A DNA stretch of 64,000 nt. Origin: a bacterium. GTDB lineage: Bacteria; UBA8248. The DNA lies in contig CBDCRP010000002.1 in the NCBI GenBank assembly GCA_965221165.1, positions 800,001 through 864,000 on the forward strand, given 5' to 3'. Both the position numbers and the translations under genes were made by a program. Positions 28,844-38,404 of this stretch are shown here, piece after piece. The first letter of the stretch is position 1, and every line of letters begins with the position of its first letter. The notes under the pieces are model-generated. The model worked only from the letters and a program-made list of their open reading frames with translations, searched no databases and was not told where the DNA came from.

Positions 28844-28871
28844 GTAGGGGCGGTTCGCGAACCGCCCCTAC
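28844..28871. repeat. GTAG-type REP palindrome
   Basis: Identical to 10514-10541. Confidence 0.9.
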
Positions 28872-29052
28872 GGAATGGATCCTCCTCAGCGCGTCCGGCA
28901 ACCTCCCGGTCGCCACCGGTCTTCGCCGGGATGAGAGGAGAGGAAGGTGGTTTTTATACGTTTTATACGTTTTTGACTTCCCGGTCTAAATACGCTAGTT
29001 TTCATGTAGAGGACCCGTACTCTTATATTCTCACCAGGGACGGGACAAGGCA

Positions 29053-29514
29053 ATGCGAAAAATCATCGGTAATCTAAAAGAACACGCCGGAATATGGACT
29101 TTCGGGTTATTCATCGTCGCGGCGGCGGGCGGAATTTACCAGTTTACGGCAACTCTGGTCAGCGCCCAGATCACGCCCGTAAAGGTTCGCATCGACACGG
29201 AAGTCAAAAGGCTCGATGCGGCGGATAAAAACACGAACGACTCCATCGCCGGTCTCGAGGAGCGGATGAACGAGCGTTTTGATGAATTGAAGAAAGATAT
29301 AAAGCTAAACAGAGAAAAAATAAGTCTTCTCGATGAGAAATTCGATACGAAAATAACCCAGTTGAATGAGAAACTCGACACGAAAATAAGCTTGTTGGAT
29401 CAAAAAATTAACCGTTTAGATGAGAAACTCGACAAGAAAATAAGCCGTTTGGATGAGAAAATGGACAAGAAATTCGACCTCATCCTGCTGAGGCTCCCGC
29501 CACTCAAAAAATAG
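29053..29514 (+). CDS. Membrane-anchored coiled-coil repeat protein (Bdr/DUF1640-like)
   Basis: N-terminal hydrophobic helix, then 11- and 7-residue repeats KISLLDEKFDT/KITQLNEKLDT/KISLLDQ/KINRLDEKLDK; A-rich DNA. Confidence 0.7.
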   Translation: MRKIIGNLKEHAGIWTFGLFIVAAAGGIYQFTATLVSAQITPVKVRIDTEVKRLDAADKNTNDSIAGLEERMNERFDELKKDIKLNREKISLLDEKFDTKITQLNEKLDTKISLLDQKINRLDEKLDKKISRLDEKMDKKFDLILLRLPPLKK

Positions 29515-29662
29515 TTTTCCGGTCCCGGTCGATTGGCGTATGGAGTTCCATCCGCTTTGCTCGAATACCAGCCAGAAATCCCTTACGCAAGGGTTATCGG
29601 CCAGCAACGCCGCTCGCCACTGCCATTCCGCTTTCAATCGAAATAAGCCGGTCGGAAATCCC

Positions 29663-30271
29663 TCACGCGAGAGTTTCGCTCAAGGCCGCCAGTTCATCGA
29701 GCGCCTCTTTGGCGAAGCGGCTCTGGAAGGCGGCTTCCGCCCCCGGCCCCACATAGACGGCGCAGAGCGCGCCCCGCTCGCAAAGCATGATGGTGGTGAG
29801 AGGCCGCAGGACGATGCCGCCCAGGGTTTCGTGCACGTCGGGGCGGTTGATCCAGCCCCTAAAGGAGGCTTCAGAGTCCGCCGCCAGGGTGAGTTCCGAA
29901 TCCCAGAGCGGATCGCCCGATGTGACGCTTTGAAGCTTAGCACCCTCGTCTCGATTCTCCAGAAAGGCGCGCTCGGGGGGCTGTAGGCTCGATTCTTTCT
30001 TGTGGATTCTGAATGAACGAGAAGCCGGGCAGGCGACCCCGATCCGCATGGCGGCGGGGCTTCGGCGATCTTGCGCGCGATACTCGAACCACACGCTCCT
30101 GCCCGAATACCGGCCCCTCAGGCGCCCGCCTTCGAGGCGGCTCCCCGCATCCAGAATTTCGACCAGCGGCTTCATGCGGCGGGTCAGCCAGACGTCGCGA
30201 AAGAAAACGCAGTAGACGACCGCCCCGAGAACCACCGCCAGGGCGAGCAGGCTCACTCCGTCGATTAGCAT
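29663..30271 (-). CDS. Hypothetical protein with an N-terminal membrane anchor
   Basis: 202-aa ORF overlapping the stop of the upstream VOC gene; hydrophobic N-terminus. Confidence 0.6.
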   Translation of the reverse strand: MLIDGVSLLALAVVLGAVVYCVFFRDVWLTRRMKPLVEILDAGSRLEGGRLRGRYSGRSVWFEYRAQDRRSPAAMRIGVACPASRSFRIHKKESSLQPPERAFLENRDEGAKLQSVTSGDPLWDSELTLAADSEASFRGWINRPDVHETLGGIVLRPLTTIMLCERGALCAVYVGPGAEAAFQSRFAKEALDELAALSETLA

Positions 30272-30768
30272 TCACTCTCCTGCGCATACCGCCAGGCGGG
30301 GCGGCTGCCGGGGAACATGTCCGAATCGTGAAAAACCTCGATGCGGTTGCCGTCCGGGTCCAGGAAATAAATGCCCTCATGCCCCCCCCACAGGCCGTTG
30401 CTCTCATCCAAGCGCAAAGGGCCCCAGACGACCTCGATGTCCGCCCGCGAGCGGATGTAGGCCACCGCGTCGTCGAACGCCGCCTGATCGCCCACCTCGA
30501 ACGCCAGGTGGTGGAGCCCCACGTCGTGGCGCGGCACGGTGTCCTCACCCTCCTCGTCTACCCAGTCCTCGGGCACGCTGAATATCGCCAATTGGTGGTG
30601 ATAGTCGTCCAGATACATGAACGCCGAGCCGAACGGAGCCGCCGGGTGGCTGCCCGCCTCGTGGCGCGAGCGCAACTTGAAGCCCAGGACTTCGGAATAG
30701 AATTTTATCGCGCGATCCAGGTCGCGCACCTTGATGCCCATATGCTGCAAGCGGATGGAGCGAATCAT
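30265..30768 (-). CDS. VOC (glyoxalase/extradiol dioxygenase fold) family protein
   Basis: LQHMGIKVRDLDRAIKFYSEVLG, GLHHLAFEV, IYFLDPDGNRIE; RBS AGGAGG. Confidence 0.9.
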   Translation of the reverse strand: MIRSIRLQHMGIKVRDLDRAIKFYSEVLGFKLRSRHEAGSHPAAPFGSAFMYLDDYHHQLAIFSVPEDWVDEEGEDTVPRHDVGLHHLAFEVGDQAAFDDAVAYIRSRADIEVVWGPLRLDESNGLWGGHEGIYFLDPDGNRIEVFHDSDMFPGSRPAWRYAQESEC

Positions 30769-31039
30769 CGAAGCCTCCTGAGAGTATGAGCACGAACGGG
30801 AGTGACACCGGAGCGTATATATGCGCCCACTGCTGCGATCCTTGGCGTACTGCGGCACAGGATTTCATTCGAGAATACGCGATCTGCGCACCGGAGTCAT
30901 GGCCCTTGGCCACGCCCACATGGCCGATCCCCCCGCCGCCCTTGCCGAGAGCCGCCAAGTGGAGTATTTCATGGGACTAGAACCCATATCGGTCGATTCC
31001 ATTATTTCCGTAGTTTTTCCTCTCATGGAGGTCTTCCCC

Positions 31040-31825
31040 TTGGCCATCATCACGAACGAGACGAAAAGAAAATCCTACGCCGGAGAAGTCACCCTCGGCG
31101 TGGGCGTACGCATGGCGCGAACGGTGGAGGTCGGCCTCGCCATGAAGGCGGCCGGTTTCGACTGGCTCTTCATCGATCTCGAGCACGGCCCCTTCGACCT
31201 CGAAACCGCGCAGCAGATATCCATCGCCGCCCTCACGCAGGGCATCACGCCGCTGGTGCGCGTGGCCTCGCTCGACGGACACCTGAGCACACGCATTCTG
31301 GACAGCGGGGCGCAGGGCATCGTCTTGCCCCACGTGAACAACGCGCAAGAGGCCGAGGAATTCGTGAAAATCTGCAAATTCCCGCCCGAGGGCGGGCGCA
31401 GCGCGGGCGGGGGGCTGGCTCACGGCCGCTTCGAGGCCATCGGCGCAGCCGAGATGCTGAGCGGCATCAACGACGAGACGCTGCTGGTCGCCATGATCGA
31501 GACGCCCGAAGCCGGCGATGAGGCGGACGCCATCGCCGCCGTGGCGGGAATCGACGTGCTACTCATCGGCACGAACGATTTGAGCCTGGGGATGGGAATC
31601 GTCGGCCGGCACGACGATCCCCGGGTCAACAAGGTGTATGAGCAGGTGAACGCCGCCTGTGAGAAACACGGCAAGATAGCCGGCATGGGCGGGTCTTATG
31701 ACCCCAATATGATAGAGCGCAGAATCAAGGAGGGGATGCGCTTCATCCTTGCGGGCAGCGACCTCAACTTCATGAGCGCAGGCGCCAAGGCCCAGGCGAG
31801 CATGATTCGCGAACTCGCGGGCTGA
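31040..31825 (+). CDS. HpcH/HpaI aldolase family protein
   Basis: GFDWLFIDLEHG, LDSGAQGIVLPHV, MIET, IGTNDLS; TTG start after GGAGG. Confidence 0.9.
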   Translation: MAIITNETKRKSYAGEVTLGVGVRMARTVEVGLAMKAAGFDWLFIDLEHGPFDLETAQQISIAALTQGITPLVRVASLDGHLSTRILDSGAQGIVLPHVNNAQEAEEFVKICKFPPEGGRSAGGGLAHGRFEAIGAAEMLSGINDETLLVAMIETPEAGDEADAIAAVAGIDVLLIGTNDLSLGMGIVGRHDDPRVNKVYEQVNAACEKHGKIAGMGGSYDPNMIERRIKEGMRFILAGSDLNFMSAGAKAQASMIRELAG

Positions 31826-31888
31826 GGTTTTTCACTAAAATTCGGATTCAATTTTCCATCTATGCTTTCGTGTAACAAGGGAGAGAAG

Positions 31889-32731
31889 ATGAAACTGCTT
31901 ACCTATGAATCAGAGGCAGGACCGCGCGTGGCCGTATTGACGGAAAACGGCGTGGAGGACGTCGTCCCCCATACCGGCGACGCGGCGGCCGTCATCGCCC
32001 GGGGCGGGACGCTTAAGACCAACGGCCGGCCCGTGGCGCTCGAGTCCGTCAAACTGCTCGCGCCGGTGGCGACGCTCGCGCGGCCCGTCATCGCCGTGGG
32101 CCTCAACTACAAGAAACACGCCGATGAGGGTGCGCGCAAATATGGACGCCCGGTGGGCGTCTACCCCGAGATTCCGGTGTTCTTCTGCAAGTGGTCGGGT
32201 TCTCACAACAGGCCCGATGGGGAAATCATCCTCCACGGGAACGTGAACGAACTCGACTATGAGTGCGAACTCGCCATCGTGATCGGCAAGGAGGGGATCA
32301 ACATCCCGCTCGAACAGGCCATGGATCACGTATACGGCTACACCATCATGAACGAGGTCTCCGCGCGGGACGTGCAGCGCGCCCATAACCAGTGGTTCAA
32401 GGGCAAGGCGCTCGACAGCTTCGGCCCCCTGGGGCCGTGGATCGTCACCAAGGACGAGACGGGCGACGGGAACAACCTGGCCGTGATCACGCGCGTGAAC
32501 GGCGAGACGCGGCAGAACTCGAACACGAACGACATGATTTTCGATATCGCCACCGTCGTTTCCGTGCTCTCGGAGAGTATGACGCTCGTGCCCGGCGACA
32601 TTATCGCCACGGGCACGCCCGAGGGCGTGGGCTTCGCCATGGACCCGCCGGGGCTCCTGAACGTGGGCGACGTGGTGGAGTGTGAAATCGAGAACATCGG
32701 CGTGCTCAGGAGCACCGTCGTCGCGCCGTGA
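31889..32731 (+). CDS. Fumarylacetoacetate hydrolase family protein
   Basis: VGLNYKKH, LDYECEL, NEVSARD, GKALDSFGPLGP, GDIIATGTPEGVG. Confidence 0.95.
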   Translation: MKLLTYESEAGPRVAVLTENGVEDVVPHTGDAAAVIARGGTLKTNGRPVALESVKLLAPVATLARPVIAVGLNYKKHADEGARKYGRPVGVYPEIPVFFCKWSGSHNRPDGEIILHGNVNELDYECELAIVIGKEGINIPLEQAMDHVYGYTIMNEVSARDVQRAHNQWFKGKALDSFGPLGPWIVTKDETGDGNNLAVITRVNGETRQNSNTNDMIFDIATVVSVLSESMTLVPGDIIATGTPEGVGFAMDPPGLLNVGDVVECEIENIGVLRSTVVAP

Positions 32732-32834
32732 CAAGACGCGCGGCGCGAGAGCACCCGCGCGCTCATCACATAAAAGAGCGATTCAGGCGGCTCGTTCGAT
32801 GACGCCGAAATCGGAACTCCGGGCGGATGGGGCT

Positions 32835-33335
32835 TTACGTCAGCGTTTGCTTGAGATAGGGCACGAGGCCGCCCGCCTTCACCATGTCCATGATGTGATC
32901 GGGCAGGGGTTCGGCTTGTAAGGTCTGGCCCTTGGTCAGGTTCTCGACCCTTCCCGCAATCGGATCGACGCGCACGCGGTCGCCTTGTTCTATCGAGTCC
33001 GCATCGGCGCAGATGAGCACGGGCAGCCCGATGCACAGCGAATTCCTGAAAAAATTCCGGGCGAACGTCCGCGCGATGACCGCGCCCACGCCCGCGCGCT
33101 TGATGCCCCGGGGGGCCGTCTCCCGGCTCGAGCCGCAGCCGAAGTTTCCTCCGCCGATTATCACGTCGCCCGCCTGCACGTTTTTGGGGAAATCGGGGTC
33201 GATCCCCTCCATCGCGTGAGCGGCCAGTTCCTCATCCGGCAGGCTCGCATACTTGGACGGCATGATGTAGCCCGTATCCACGTTGTCGCCGAACACCCAG
33301 GCGCCGCCCTCGATGGTTTGCGTCTCGTTGCTCAT
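32835..33335 (-). CDS. LeuD/HacB/DmdB-type dehydratase small subunit
   Basis: FGDNVDT, GNFGCGSSRE, FARNFFRN, GGLVPY; overlaps the large-subunit stop. Confidence 0.92.
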   Translation of the reverse strand: MSNETQTIEGGAWVFGDNVDTGYIMPSKYASLPDEELAAHAMEGIDPDFPKNVQAGDVIIGGGNFGCGSSRETAPRGIKRAGVGAVIARTFARNFFRNSLCIGLPVLICADADSIEQGDRVRVDPIAGRVENLTKGQTLQAEPLPDHIMDMVKAGGLVPYLKQTLT

Positions 33336-34615
33336 GAGATGAACTCCCTCGGGTCGGCCACGCGGCCCTGGACGGCGCTCGCCGCCACCGTGGCGGCCGA
33401 GGCCAGGTATATCGACGCCTCGAGGCTTCCCATGCGTCCCTTGTAATTGCGGTTGGCCGAGGAGATGCACACCTCCCCGTCTCCGAGTTGCCCGGCTCCC
33501 CTGCCCGCGCAGATGCCGCACGTGGTGGGCAGGAGGACGCCGCCCGCGTCGAGGATAGCCGCAAGCGTCCCGTCCGCCATGGCCTTGCTCATGATGTCCT
33601 TGCTCGCGGGCGCGATGAGAAGCTGGAGCCCGTGGGCGACCCGCCTTCCCTTCAGGACCGCCGCCGCCGCCTGTAAGTCGAGAAGCTTCGCCCCCGTGCA
33701 CGAGCCGATGTGCGCGCGCTGGAGAGGAGGCGATTCCACCTCCTCCACCGGGTAGACGTTGTCCATCCTGTGGGGACACGCCACCCGGGGCGATAAATCG
33801 GTCACGTCGTATTCGTAGGATTCGGCGTAGGTTGCATCCGGGTCGGAGCGCACGGCCTCCCAGCCGTCTTCCACGCCTGCGTTTTTGAGATATTCCGCCG
33901 TCGCTTCATCTACGTCTATGATGGAGCTCTTGGCGCTGAACTCGGCCGCCATGTTGGAGAGCGTCATGCGGTCCTCGACGGGCAGCGCCATGAGCGCCTC
34001 GCCCTCGAACTGGAGCACCTTGTATTCCGCCCCGTCTACTTTCAAGTCCTTGAGCGCGAGCAGCGCCATGTCCTTGCCGTATATCCCTTCGGGAACCCGT
34101 CCCTTGAAGTGGACCCGTATCGTCTCTGGCACGCGGAGCCAGACCTCTCCCTTGGCGAGCACGCCGATGCTCTCCGTCGGCCCGATAGCTACGCCCAGCG
34201 CGCCCAGCGCGCCCGTGTTGGTGGTGTGGCTGTCCGTGCCGGTGACGAGAACGCCCGGACGCACGAAGCCTTTCTCGGCCATGAGAATGTGGCAGATGCC
34301 CTCTGCGTCGTAAAAATGGGAGAGCTCCTGCTCGGCCGCCCAGGCTCTGGTGACGTTCAGCACCCTGGACTGCGAATCGTCGGTGGGCGGATTGTGGTGG
34401 TCGGCCGTGAGCATGAAGCGATTCTTGTTCCAGATGGGAAGACCCAGTTCGGCGAAGTCCTTCCCCATGCGGAACGGCCCCTGGTTGTCGTGCATGACGT
34501 GGGCGTCGACCTTCGCCCAGACGATGTCGCCCACGTCCACGCGCTCGCGCCCGCTGGCGCGGGCCAGGATTTTCTGTGTGGCTGTATCCCCGGACAAGAG
34601 GTTCTCCTTCAACAT
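33332..34615 (-). CDS. LeuC/HacA/DmdA-type dehydratase large subunit (aconitase family)
   Basis: EGICH, GTDSHT, IGSCT, CGICAG, NRNYKGRMG, YLAS. Confidence 0.93.
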   Translation of the reverse strand: MLKENLLSGDTATQKILARASGRERVDVGDIVWAKVDAHVMHDNQGPFRMGKDFAELGLPIWNKNRFMLTADHHNPPTDDSQSRVLNVTRAWAAEQELSHFYDAEGICHILMAEKGFVRPGVLVTGTDSHTTNTGALGALGVAIGPTESIGVLAKGEVWLRVPETIRVHFKGRVPEGIYGKDMALLALKDLKVDGAEYKVLQFEGEALMALPVEDRMTLSNMAAEFSAKSSIIDVDEATAEYLKNAGVEDGWEAVRSDPDATYAESYEYDVTDLSPRVACPHRMDNVYPVEEVESPPLQRAHIGSCTGAKLLDLQAAAAVLKGRRVAHGLQLLIAPASKDIMSKAMADGTLAAILDAGGVLLPTTCGICAGRGAGQLGDGEVCISSANRNYKGRMGSLEASIYLASAATVAASAVQGRVADPREFIS

Positions 34616-34701
34616 AGGGGGATGCGGAAACGCGACAGTCTTGTATACTCGCCTTGTCGCACACTATCGAACGCGAAGCAAGACTTGGGCATGGAGACGA
34701 T

Positions 34702-35307
34702 ATGGCCGGAGACAAGGAAATCGACCGCAAGGCGTTCTTCAAGGAGGGCCCGCTCTCCTTCATGCGCTCCTTCATGCAGGGGATGCAGCAGGGGGAAACC
34801 AGGCTCCAGCGATCGAACCTCGAGGGGCCTGTACTGCGTCCTCCGGGCGCGGCGGCGGAAGCCGATTTCCTGAACCTCTGCACGGGCAGCGCGCAATGCG
34901 CGCTCGCGTGTCCGGCCGACGCCATATTGATGCTCCCCCGCGAGGACGGTTCGGGGCTCGAGGCTCCCCGCATCATCCCCGTCGACGGAGCCTGCGTGGT
35001 TTGTGACGACCTCTCCTGCATGAAGGTCTGCCCCACGGGAGCGCTCACCCTCGTGCCCCGCGAGGAGATTCGCGTCGGCCTGGCGAAAGTGAACCACGAG
35101 ACGTGCTTCTCCTGGAACAAGCTGGATGAGGAGTGCAACTACTGCGTGACGCGCTGCCCCATCGGGGAGAGCGCGATACGCATCGAGGAGCGGGAAGACG
35201 GAAAAGGCCCCGTCATCGGTGAGACCTGCGTGGGTTGCGGCACCTGTGAGCAGCACTGCCCCGAATACCCGGGCGCCGTTCGCGTGTTTCCCATCGAATC
35301 TTCCTAG
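34702..35307 (+). CDS. NapF/NapG/MauM-like polyferredoxin
   Basis: LRPPGA followed by several 4Fe-4S Cys motifs (CTGSAQCALACP, CVVC...CMKVCP, CNYCVTRCP, CVGCGTCEQHCP). Confidence 0.85.
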   Translation: MAGDKEIDRKAFFKEGPLSFMRSFMQGMQQGETRLQRSNLEGPVLRPPGAAAEADFLNLCTGSAQCALACPADAILMLPREDGSGLEAPRIIPVDGACVVCDDLSCMKVCPTGALTLVPREEIRVGLAKVNHETCFSWNKLDEECNYCVTRCPIGESAIRIEEREDGKGPVIGETCVGCGTCEQHCPEYPGAVRVFPIESS

Positions 35308-35385
35308 AGCGCAAAATCCCGGAAAACACCCACCTCCCGCATCAGAGCCAGGAGTGCGAATTACACCGAAGGTGCGCGGTGCCGA

Positions 35386-35886
35386 TTAGGAAAATTCCTC
35401 TTTCAGGATTTCGTGGATGAACCGCTGAACGGCGAGGGGGTAGAACCGGATGTCCGGCGTGCAGACCACGGCGGTGTCCGTGGTTTCCAGGCGCGCGAGT
35501 TCGTTCAGCACCTTTTCCACCAGAACCTCCGGGCTCCACTCGTGGTGGGTGATTTTCAGGTGCTCGTTCTCGATGTCGAAATTACCCGCCGCGACGGCGG
35601 GAAACGCGAACACGCGGCCGATGAGGTCGGAATCCATCATTTCGGAATCCTTGAAAATCTCGCCGAACGTCTTCTGCGCCTCGGCCGGCGTCCACACCAG
35701 CTTGGGAGACACCAGGAGTTTGCCGGATATCTGGACCGAGCCCGCCTGCTCTTCCATCTCCGGCCCCAGCACCCGGTAGCCGAGTTCATGATAGCCCGAC
35801 ACGATGCCCACGTAAGGCTTCTGGATGATGCGGATTTCCTCGCTCACCTGCCTGTGGAAATCGCGCTGCATGTCGTCGTCGAACAT
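35386..35886 (-). CDS. Hypothetical protein
   Basis: 166-aa acidic ORF with host-like codon bias and GGAG upstream; downstream of hemY. Confidence 0.7.
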   Translation of the reverse strand: MFDDDMQRDFHRQVSEEIRIIQKPYVGIVSGYHELGYRVLGPEMEEQAGSVQISGKLLVSPKLVWTPAEAQKTFGEIFKDSEMMDSDLIGRVFAFPAVAAGNFDIENEHLKITHHEWSPEVLVEKVLNELARLETTDTAVVCTPDIRFYPLAVQRFIHEILKEEFS

Positions 35887-36017
35887 CAAGACATCTCCGT
35901 CAAAATCCAAACCCTGCAAACAGAAACACGAAACAGCAGTTGATACCAAATGCGAACCCGCGCGGTCAAACGACGCCGCCCCGATAGCGAGCCGCCTCCC
36001 TATTCTCTTCTTTTTTC

Positions 36018-37445
36018 TTAAGGATTGATAGTCCGCAAATCATCGAGAATTTTATCCGCCGCCTCGTTCGCCGATTTCACGCAGTCGGGAATCCCCACGC
36101 CGTGGTAGGCGTTTCCGGCGAGAGCAAGGCCCCGCGTCGCCGCGAGTTCGCTCTCGATGCGCCGCACCTTCTCCAGGTGGCCCACCAGATAATGCGGGAG
36201 CGATTCCTCATAGCGATAAAAGACTTCTCCTTCGGGCTCTCCGGTGATCCCCAGAATCGGGCGAAGCTCATCCATCAGTCTAAGGGTCAGCTCCGCATCC
36301 GTCAGGGAATCGCCCTCTCCTCCCGCGAACGCGCGGATGAGCACTTTCCCCTCGGGCGTTCTTCCGACGAACTTCGTACTCGAAAACGAGCACGCAAGAA
36401 GCGTTTTGTTCTCTATCGCCGGCACCACGAAACCCATGGCGTTAAGCGGATTCGCCACCTGATCGGCGCGATACGTCAGGTTGAGCGTCGCCAGAGAACC
36501 ACTGGGTATGCGCATCAACTCCTCTGATAGATTAGGCGATACCTGCTCCAGCATCCGTCCCGAGGCGCGGGGCGGCAGGGTGATGCAAACCGCGTCTGCA
36601 TCCACCCCCTCGCCACCCTGAAGGCGAACGACCCAGCCTTTTTCTTTTTTCTCGAGCGCTTCCGCCCTGCATCCGGTGCGAACCGAGGCGGCGGAGATTT
36701 TCCCGGCCAGGGCGTCCACCAGCGCGCCCATGCCGCGCTCGAAACTGACGAACAGGCCGTACCTCGGGCCGCTCGCCGAGACGCCCTCGCCCGAACCTCT
36801 TTTCTGCATCCGTATTCTGAGTCCCAGGATGAGGCTCCCGTGCTCGCGCTCTATCTCGTGAAACTGCGGCATGGTGGCTTTCAGGCTCAGCTTTTCCGGG
36901 TCGGCCGAGTAAATACCCGCCACCATGGGCTCGGCCATTCTCTCCAGCGCCTCGCGCCCGAAACGCCTGCGCACGAAATCGGCCAGGGATTCATCCGCAT
37001 CCCCCTTCCGGCGGGGCAGAAGAACGTCCATCGCCATCCTGAGCTTGCCGAGCGGGCTGAAGATGGGCGACATCAGGAACGGACCGATTCGGTACGGCGC
37101 CAAAAGGTAAAACCCCTGTGGCACGGGGAGCAGTTCCTCACCCCTTAAGACGAAACTGCGCCGGTGGCGCTCGTTCGTGCCGATGAGTTGACTTTCAAGC
37201 CCCAGCTCCTCGCAGAGCTCGACGCCATCGGGCTTTGAGGTGAGAAAACAGTCCGGGCCTTTCTCCATCAGGACGCCGTCGACGAATTCGGTCTCGATGA
37301 CGCCGCCGAGCCTGGGGGATGCCTCGATGAGATGGACTTCCAGTGGCAGATTTCGCGCCTCGGAAGCACGCAAGAGCCGGTAGCAGACGGTGAGCCCCGT
37401 CACCCCTCCGCCAAGCACGACCACCCGCCCGGCACGTGAGATCAA
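36018..37445 (-). CDS. hemY: Proto-/coproporphyrinogen oxidase (HemY/CgoX)
   Basis: GGGVTGL, RLGGVI, EKGPDCF, FVRRRFG, GFVVP, GVGIPDC. Confidence 0.92.
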   Translation of the reverse strand: MISRAGRVVVLGGGVTGLTVCYRLLRASEARNLPLEVHLIEASPRLGGVIETEFVDGVLMEKGPDCFLTSKPDGVELCEELGLESQLIGTNERHRRSFVLRGEELLPVPQGFYLLAPYRIGPFLMSPIFSPLGKLRMAMDVLLPRRKGDADESLADFVRRRFGREALERMAEPMVAGIYSADPEKLSLKATMPQFHEIEREHGSLILGLRIRMQKRGSGEGVSASGPRYGLFVSFERGMGALVDALAGKISAASVRTGCRAEALEKKEKGWVVRLQGGEGVDADAVCITLPPRASGRMLEQVSPNLSEELMRIPSGSLATLNLTYRADQVANPLNAMGFVVPAIENKTLLACSFSSTKFVGRTPEGKVLIRAFAGGEGDSLTDAELTLRLMDELRPILGITGEPEGEVFYRYEESLPHYLVGHLEKVRRIESELAATRGLALAGNAYHGVGIPDCVKSANEAADKILDDLRTINP

Positions 37446-38404
37446 CTTCCGCTCCCCGTCATTTTGGCGCGAATCAGTTCACACAGCATTTGGATGAAGG
37501 AAGGATGCGTGCCCACCGTGGGCGCGCGGTAAAAGCGAAGCCCCGCTTCTTCGGCCGCTTCTCGCGCCTCGATGTCGAGGTCGAAGAGCACCTCCACGTG
37601 GTCGCATATGAAGCCCACGGGAACCAGCAGGACGGTCTTTGCGCCACCGGCGGCGGCCTCGCGTATAACGTCCACCACGTCCGGGCCGAGCCATGTGCCG
37701 GGGGGAACGTCGGGACTGCTCTGGAAACCGACCTCATAGCTTCTCAAGCCCAACTTTTGCGCCGCGAGAGCCGCCGTCTCGCGGAATTCCTCCTCATAAG
37801 AAGAGGCCCTGGCCATGGAAACGGGTATCGAATGGGCCGTAAAGATGACTTTGGCGTCATCCAGGCCCCCTTCTTCCGGGACGGTCTGATGCACCCGCTC
37901 GGCGATGGCGTCGATGAAGCCCGGATGCTCGTGCCAGGGCGTTTCCAGGAACTCGGCTTCGGGCGCATCGCCGCCCAATTTTTCTCGCGCCGAGGCGGCG
38001 GCTCCCCGGTATGCCTCCCAGCTTATTTTCGTGCGGTGAGGGGCCAGTATGACGCCCAGAGCGCGCCGCAAGCCGCGCCTGCCCATCTCGGCCAGCGTCT
38101 CTTCCACGTATGGCGTCCAGAACCGGTAGCCCGTATAGACGGGGACGCCCACGCCCGCTTGTTCGAGCGCCATCTCGAGCGCGCCCGCTTGTTTTTGAGA
38201 AAAAAACGTGAACGGAGAGACGCCGCCGAAGTGTTCATAGTGCGCGGCCACCTCCCGGATGCGCTCGGGGCCGCCCGCCCTCTGGCCGACGATGCTCTCC
38301 ACGTAGCAATACGCCTCGCCCGGACATTCCTCGTACCGGCGGCAACAACCCCGCGTGGGACCGCCGAAGCCGATCATGATGATGGAATCAAACTCGCCCT
38401 TCAT
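37442..38404 (-). CDS. hemH: Ferrochelatase (HemH/CpfC-like)
   Basis: FGGP, HYEHFGGVSP, IFTAHSIP, WLGPD, PVGFICDHVEVLFDLD. Confidence 0.93.
   Translation of the reverse strand: MKGEFDSIIMIGFGGPTRGCCRRYEECPGEAYCYVESIVGQRAGGPERIREVAAHYEHFGGVSPFTFFSQKQAGALEMALEQAGVGVPVYTGYRFWTPYVEETLAEMGRRGLRRALGVILAPHRTKISWEAYRGAAASAREKLGGDAPEAEFLETPWHEHPGFIDAIAERVHQTVPEEGGLDDAKVIFTAHSIPVSMARASSYEEEFRETAALAAQKLGLRSYEVGFQSSPDVPPGTWLGPDVVDVIREAAAGGAKTVLLVPVGFICDHVEVLFDLDIEAREAAEEAGLRFYRAPTVGTHPSFIQMLCELIRAKMTGSGS

Noticed and set aside
30821-31039. N-terminal extension of the HpcH aldolase
   Set aside because: No family similarity; RBS plus TTG at 31040 gives a normal-length protein.
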